A stretch of DNA of 64,000 nt, taken from positions 1 to 64,000 of the IMG/VR virus record IMGVR_UViG_3300021964_009390, one strand, 5' to 3'. The translations under genes and the position numbers were made by a program. This document shows positions 58,513 through 64,000 of this stretch, piece by piece. A model generated the notes under the pieces. It saw only the letters and a list, made by a program, of their open reading frames with translations, was not told the DNA's origin and made no database searches. Position 1 is the stretch's first letter; each line of letters opens with the position of its first letter.

Positions 58513-59781
58513 ATGAATGATTTAAGCCGCCGCGAATTTGTAAGTACAGTTGCCAAAAGCTGTTTAGGAGTGAGCGCCATACTGAGCGCTCAAGATTTAT
58601 TAGCAATCAAACCCACCGGGCAGATACCAACCGCTCGGAATGTTATATTTTTATACATGGCAGGAGGCATGACTCACATCGACACGTTCGACCCAAAACC
58701 GGAGAACAGTGACGTGATGGGTGAAACAACTGCCATTGACACTACAGCGGACGGGGTACAGATAGGCAACTGGTTACCCAACACCGCCAAACAGATGCAC
58801 AACGCAAGTTTGATACGTACATTGTCGTCCAATCAAGGTGCACATGCACAAGCCAACTATTTGTTACACACCAGCTACCAACGCCGCGGCACGATCGTGC
58901 ATCCAACCATGGGTGCATGGGTGAGCAAACAGACACCCAAACTGAATCGATCGTTACCATCTAACGTGAGAATCAACGGAGGTAGCGACATATTAGGTTC
59001 CGGTTATTTGGAGAAAAAACACGGACCGTTACCATTGGGTAACCCCAACGCAGGTATACAAAATGTGTCACAGGCCAAGTATCTGGACGAGACCATGTAC
59101 AACAAACGGATGGACATATCCAGCAAATTCAACAAAAATTTCTTAGACATGTTCCCACAAAAGCAAGTACGTGCATACACTGATTTATATGATGATGCCA
59201 TCCGGTTGATGAAAAGCACAGATCTTGAAGCGTTCGATCTGACAAAAGAAGACCAAGCCACTCGAGACATGTACGGTACCAACAGTTTTGGTCAGGGCTG
59301 CCTATTAGCTAGACGGTTGGTTGAGACTGGTGTACGTTATGTCGAGGTGCAGCTAGGTGGTTGGGACATGCACAACGATGTGTTTGGTAACATGGAGACA
59401 CGAGGTGCTACATTGGACAATGGATTGGCTTCGTTGTTACAAGATTTGAACCGTCGTGGTCTGTTGAGCTCCACACTAGTTGTTGTGGCGAGTGAATTTG
59501 GTCGTACACCAGAGGTCAAAGCAGGCCGCGTGGGACGTGACCATCACCCATCTGCATTCAGCGCCATGTTGGCCGGAGGAGGAGTCAAAGGAGGTTACGT
59601 ACATGGCAAGAGCGACAAGCGTGGTCACTATGTAGAAGAGAAAGGTGTGAAAATGGAAGATCTGAACGCCACGATTGCTTACATGATGGGAATGGACATC
59701 ACTGAAACAATCTATTCTCCAAGTGGCAGACCATTTAAAATTGCTAATGCGGGTGAGGTTGTAACTGACATTTTAGCATAA
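58513..59781 (+). CDS. DUF1501 protein with twin-arginine (Tat) signal
   Basis: LSRREFV, VIFLYMAGGMTHIDTFDPKP, FGQGCLLARRLVETGV..VEV..GGWD.H, SEFGRTP, GRDHHP, GGGVKGG..G.SD. Confidence 0.93.
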   Translation: MNDLSRREFVSTVAKSCLGVSAILSAQDLLAIKPTGQIPTARNVIFLYMAGGMTHIDTFDPKPENSDVMGETTAIDTTADGVQIGNWLPNTAKQMHNASLIRTLSSNQGAHAQANYLLHTSYQRRGTIVHPTMGAWVSKQTPKLNRSLPSNVRINGGSDILGSGYLEKKHGPLPLGNPNAGIQNVSQAKYLDETMYNKRMDISSKFNKNFLDMFPQKQVRAYTDLYDDAIRLMKSTDLEAFDLTKEDQATRDMYGTNSFGQGCLLARRLVETGVRYVEVQLGGWDMHNDVFGNMETRGATLDNGLASLLQDLNRRGLLSSTLVVVASEFGRTPEVKAGRVGRDHHPSAFSAMLAGGGVKGGYVHGKSDKRGHYVEEKGVKMEDLNATIAYMMGMDITETIYSPSGRPFKIANAGEVVTDILA

Positions 59782-59789
59782 ATAATGAC

Positions 59790-60215
59790 ATGCACGACAA
59801 AGACCACCACCTGATATGGGAATCATATTTTGATGAGACTGTAGCCACACCTAAAAACATTGAACGTGTGAGGTCCACATTGAACGATCCGGACCTGCAA
59901 GAACATGAACGACAGCTCATAATAGACACGTTACGCGAGCTAGAGAGACTAGCCACAACACAAGACATCAAAACTGTCAAGCAGAGCATCATGGACAAGC
60001 TGGGCAAGATGCTAGGACGTGAGCGAGTCAATGAACAGGGTAACTATGCCCGGATTGTGGCGGATGAAGAAAAGTTTTTAGAAATAGCGTACAAGTATTA
60101 CGGAGACATGGAAGAAGCCGAGCTGAAATTCCACCACTATGTACTGGAGGAGTTGCTAGAGATGGACGAGCTGACACGTCGCGAGTATCAAGGCCAAGGA
60201 CCACAGCGAGACTAA
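59790..60215 (+). CDS. Putative virion protein (DHHLIWESY N-terminus)
   Basis: Late motif 5 nt upstream. Confidence 0.6.
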   Translation: MHDKDHHLIWESYFDETVATPKNIERVRSTLNDPDLQEHERQLIIDTLRELERLATTQDIKTVKQSIMDKLGKMLGRERVNEQGNYARIVADEEKFLEIAYKYYGDMEEAELKFHHYVLEELLEMDELTRREYQGQGPQRD

Positions 60216-60216
60216 C

Positions 60217-60519
60217 ATGCATAACGGTACAGACATACGGAGCATATATGATATCTACTCCGGTAACAGCTCGTTGATTACCGAGTCTAAAGAGCAACCA
60301 GGTGAGATACCTGAGCTAGGTATTCGAGTGATACGTAACGAACATGGTGATAATGATGGTGACAGATATTATGAAACGTGGGAAGTATATCCCATAGATA
60401 ACACATCTGGTACTGGAGCACCATTGGATTGGGACTACGCCGGAGGGACTGAAACCATTGACGAGGTGGTAGCCAGAGTCAAAATGAATTTCAAAACAAG
60501 AGGAACACCAACATTATGA
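60217..60519 (+). CDS. Putative virion protein
   Basis: DIRSIYDIY..LITE N-terminus; in an operon with its neighbours. Confidence 0.5.
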   Translation: MHNGTDIRSIYDIYSGNSSLITESKEQPGEIPELGIRVIRNEHGDNDGDRYYETWEVYPIDNTSGTGAPLDWDYAGGTETIDEVVARVKMNFKTRGTPTL

Positions 60520-61043
60520 AAGATAAAGATCAACAATTAATATGGGAATCATACATTCGAGAGAATGAATATGGACCCAGTGGAGCACCTAGTATCAATG
60601 TATCAGATTGGAAATTAGAATCATGGTACAAACAAGACGATTGGGATGACAATCCAAACCCATGGGACCGGTATGTTGATGACGTGCTAGGTGACATATA
60701 TCAAGATATCCAAGAATATGGAGTAGAGTCTGACCGAGTGTATGTCGCGTTTTTCGGTCCACCTCGAGGAACTGCTGATTACGAGCAATGGACCGACCCG
60801 GGTATTGTGGTGGCTTTTGGAAACAATTCAGAAGAATACGGAGGAGACACGTTCAATTCGAAAGGTATATTTGTTGATAATGATGGAGAAGGTGAGAGTT
60901 TTGTATTACCATCACAACAACTAGAAGAATTGCTCAAAGTTAACAACCGAGCAATAGACGATGAAGTCACTAGTGACGAAGACTACAAGACTTGGGACCC
61001 ATACGGTCCAGAAGGTGTCGTGAGTAGAAGCGATTTTTACTGA
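60516..61043 (+). CDS. Acidic putative virion protein (DQQLIWESY N-terminus)
   Basis: Shares its N-terminal motif with the gene at 59790. Confidence 0.6.
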   Translation: MKDKDQQLIWESYIRENEYGPSGAPSINVSDWKLESWYKQDDWDDNPNPWDRYVDDVLGDIYQDIQEYGVESDRVYVAFFGPPRGTADYEQWTDPGIVVAFGNNSEEYGGDTFNSKGIFVDNDGEGESFVLPSQQLEELLKVNNRAIDDEVTSDEDYKTWDPYGPEGVVSRSDFY

Positions 61044-61078
61044 GTAAACATATAAGGAGGTACACCAACCAAACATAC

Positions 61079-63163
61079 ATGATTGACGAACATTTTCTCA
61101 CCAGTGTTGAAGTATTCACCAGCAAATGGTCTACATTCTGCAAAATACACAAAGTACCAAACGGGATATTGACATCAGAAAATTTCATGAGTTTTTGTGA
61201 CGCCACCGGGATTGAATATCATTCCCGGTTTGACATATGCACACAAGACCAGAAACTCATGCATTCGTTGATGTGTTACTTGCGTACAGACGAGTTACGA
61301 GACAAAACGAAAAACGTGAAGACCATCAGATCCACTGAAAATTTGGCTATAATGATGGAGGATCGAGTGTTACCACACCTGGAGTTCATGATTCGTAACA
61401 CTGTACATTTACTACCCAAAGATTTTGCTCACATGATCGTGTGTACTGACAAATCATACGATCAGATACGTGACATATGTGACAACATATGCGAGAACAT
61501 CATGGTGATGAGCTGCAAAGAGAGCTGTATAACACAGAACATATACAACAATTTGTTCATGAGCAAATCTTTTTGGAGCGGTATTGAATATGAAAACATA
61601 TTGGTGTATCAACAGGACACCTGTTTGTTCCGACCCGGGATCGCAAAGTTCATGCAATATGATTATGTAGGTGCACCGTGGCCTGGTATGAGCGATGACA
61701 ATGTGATAGGGGTGGGTAACGGTGGCTTGTCATTTCGCCGGCGGAGCAAAATGTTACAATGTTTAGATGTCGTAAAACCGCAAGATTTTGTATCCGGTCG
61801 CACCACCAGAGGTTACATGTTGAGGTGCAAATTAGATCATGTACCAGAGGATGTGTATTACAGTTCAACCATGATACTACATGGTGTGGGGAGAGTGGCT
61901 CCCCGAGCGGTGGCCAATCAATTTTCACAAGAGTGTGTGTTACATGACAATCCGTTTGGTGGTCATCAATACTGGCTAGGTCATGTACAATTGCATGATG
62001 AAAAACGTGGCAAGCTGTTGTTGATAGACGACAATTTCGCGTATGACTCGCAAGGTCAAGGCTTCAACCGCGCTAAAACTGTGGTGGAAATGCTATGCAA
62101 AATGTTCCATGTGACTTTCATGCCAACTAACTATCGACCATGTGATCATGATCGAATAGAACATTACCATACGTTGGGTGTGAATGTGGTGCTGGAGCGT
62201 CGCGATCATCATGGTATGAAAATATTTGATGTGGTGGGTGAACATATAAAGCAACATGCCGGTGAATACGATGTGATATATTTCAGCCGACCTCACAACT
62301 TTGGATATGTGATAGATTACTGCCGCGAGCATTCTCCATCTAGCAAAATAGTGTATGATGCAGAAGCGTTGTTTTACAAGCGTATACAAGCTCAATACAA
62401 CACCACCGGGCAGATCAGCATCTGGCCACCATGTGACACACCGTCACAGCAAGTGGTGGATCAAGAGAAGGCAAAAGAATTTGACATGTTGTCCAAAACG
62501 GACAATGTTATTGTTGTGTCAGATTCAGAACGTGAAAGTGTGGTCAAAAACGTACCGGCTTTGAAGGGTAAAGTTGCAGTGTATGGACATGCTATACCAC
62601 CTCGACCTACCGATAACAACTATCATGAGCGAGCGCACATGCTGTTTGTAGGTTCTTTCGGTAAGGATGACACACCCAATTCTGACGCCATGATACATTT
62701 TGTGAACAACATGTTTGACAAGATACATGAACGTACCGGTAGCAAATTGTACATCATAGGTACAAACCCAACCGAGACCATTTTGTCTCTGACCAGTGAC
62801 AAGGTGGAGGTTCTAGGTTATGTAGAGGACATAACACCGTACTACAATAATTGTCGATTGTTTGTGGCCCCACATCGCTTCGCCGGAGGTATACCATGGA
62901 AAATATCGGAATCCATGTCGAGAGGTTTACCGGTCGTCATCACAAAACTACTGGCCGATCAGTTGGGTATCGGGAGAGAATGTTGCGGTGTGGGTGATAA
63001 CGATACTCAATTCATAAACCAAGCGGTACAAATATACAACTACTCAACCCGGTGGGACAATTGTAGGAACAAAAGCTTACAATACATAAAAAACACACAT
63101 GACCCCATGACACATAGAAAGCAGCTACTAAACAGTATAAACAAGGCATTAAAAACACCATGA
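61079..63163 (+). CDS. DUF5672 domain fused to a GT4-like glycosyltransferase
   Basis: YDYVGAPW...VGNGGLSFR, PEDVYY, PFGGH; C-terminal LFVGSF...N.DA, VAPHRFAGG..K..E.M..GLPVV. Confidence 0.8.
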   Translation: MIDEHFLTSVEVFTSKWSTFCKIHKVPNGILTSENFMSFCDATGIEYHSRFDICTQDQKLMHSLMCYLRTDELRDKTKNVKTIRSTENLAIMMEDRVLPHLEFMIRNTVHLLPKDFAHMIVCTDKSYDQIRDICDNICENIMVMSCKESCITQNIYNNLFMSKSFWSGIEYENILVYQQDTCLFRPGIAKFMQYDYVGAPWPGMSDDNVIGVGNGGLSFRRRSKMLQCLDVVKPQDFVSGRTTRGYMLRCKLDHVPEDVYYSSTMILHGVGRVAPRAVANQFSQECVLHDNPFGGHQYWLGHVQLHDEKRGKLLLIDDNFAYDSQGQGFNRAKTVVEMLCKMFHVTFMPTNYRPCDHDRIEHYHTLGVNVVLERRDHHGMKIFDVVGEHIKQHAGEYDVIYFSRPHNFGYVIDYCREHSPSSKIVYDAEALFYKRIQAQYNTTGQISIWPPCDTPSQQVVDQEKAKEFDMLSKTDNVIVVSDSERESVVKNVPALKGKVAVYGHAIPPRPTDNNYHERAHMLFVGSFGKDDTPNSDAMIHFVNNMFDKIHERTGSKLYIIGTNPTETILSLTSDKVEVLGYVEDITPYYNNCRLFVAPHRFAGGIPWKISESMSRGLPVVITKLLADQLGIGRECCGVGDNDTQFINQAVQIYNYSTRWDNCRNKSLQYIKNTHDPMTHRKQLLNSINKALKTP

Positions 63164-63945
63164 AAAAATATAAAGACAACTTTTTAATTATGTGCGAGTC
63201 ACGGACCGGTAGTACCATGTTGAGTACTGCACTCTGGAACCATCCGCAGGTGTGCATGCATGGAGAGATATTGCAACCTCGGCAGTTCAATAAACAAAAA
63301 CGCGATGACAAATTAGAATTTTTCGGGCTGAGCTACGATACACCAGGAGCTTTGCTCGATCTGTTACGTGATGAGCTGGTGAATGATCCGGTAAAATATA
63401 TAAGCAGGTACGGTTTCTATACCGGTAGATACAAACGTGGAGGTTTCAAATTTAAATATGAAGAGATGTCATGTGGATTGTTTGATCCAGTATTAGAGTT
63501 TATAGTCACACATCCGGAGATCAAAATAATACATTTGACCCGGGACAATCTGTGGCACCGGTATAGATCTTCATATGTAGCCACAAAAATTACAAAACAA
63601 TACAACTCGGTAACAGACACGATATCAATCGATACTGACACTGACAAGGTCAAATTGAATATACAAGATATTGAATCGAGTTTCAAGCGGACAGTTCAAT
63701 GGCAAAGGAAATATAGAAACATGTTCAAACACCATGCGATGTTAAACATAACATACGAATCACTCCTGGCTGACCCGCAAGGAACTTTTGACCAAGTGAC
63801 CGGTTTCTTAAAAATATCCAACCAAAAATGGAAACCATGGACAAAGCAAGTACAACCAGTACAGGACGATGACATAATCCGAAACATGGATAAGATCAGA
63901 GAGCATTTCATTTCCAGTAAATACGGTGTATATTTCGATAAATAA
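63160..63945 (+). CDS. Sulfotransferase (Stf0/Sulfotransfer_3-like)
   Basis: SRTGSTML...LWNHPQV..HGE, IHLTR.N, YE.L. Confidence 0.8.
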   Translation: MKKYKDNFLIMCESRTGSTMLSTALWNHPQVCMHGEILQPRQFNKQKRDDKLEFFGLSYDTPGALLDLLRDELVNDPVKYISRYGFYTGRYKRGGFKFKYEEMSCGLFDPVLEFIVTHPEIKIIHLTRDNLWHRYRSSYVATKITKQYNSVTDTISIDTDTDKVKLNIQDIESSFKRTVQWQRKYRNMFKHHAMLNITYESLLADPQGTFDQVTGFLKISNQKWKPWTKQVQPVQDDDIIRNMDKIREHFISSKYGVYFDK

Positions 63946-64000
63946 TATTATTGATGAATCTTAAAAAAAAATAAATACTATTATATCAATATGGACAGCT

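Overview
This window is 64 kb of a large T4-like (Tevenvirinae/Kyanoviridae-style) myovirus genome. It is AT-rich, uses the standard genetic code and has no CRISPR array. The left end holds head and neck morphogenesis genes (gp13 partial, gp4, gp21, gp22, gp23). These are followed by a ClpC unfoldase, an HNH nuclease and a compact 7-deazaguanine DNA-modification cluster (TGT/DpdA-like, PurN-like formyltransferase, dGTP diphosphohydrolase, kinase, QueF). Next come a complete prkA/yeaG-yeaH-spoVR operon and a tmRNA with an unusually long tag. A very large glycan-tailoring repertoire follows: NeuB/NeuA, many glycosyltransferases, four sulfotransferases, RmlB, a sugar aminotransferase and formyltransferase, and a WbqC cassette. 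The window also encodes UvsE, PPase, LOG, NUDIX and a second Cys-less QueF-fold protein. A DUF1549/DUF1553 + DUF1501 pair typical of Planctomycetes/Verrucomicrobia suggests a PVC host. Sequence-level signals not explained by the gene list: a TAAATA late-promoter motif exactly 5 nt before many start codons and before the tmRNA (leaderless transcription), a family of putative capsid-targeting N-termini, strong CCGG enrichment, and recombination scars. All family assignments come from motif recognition by eye; no database search was run.
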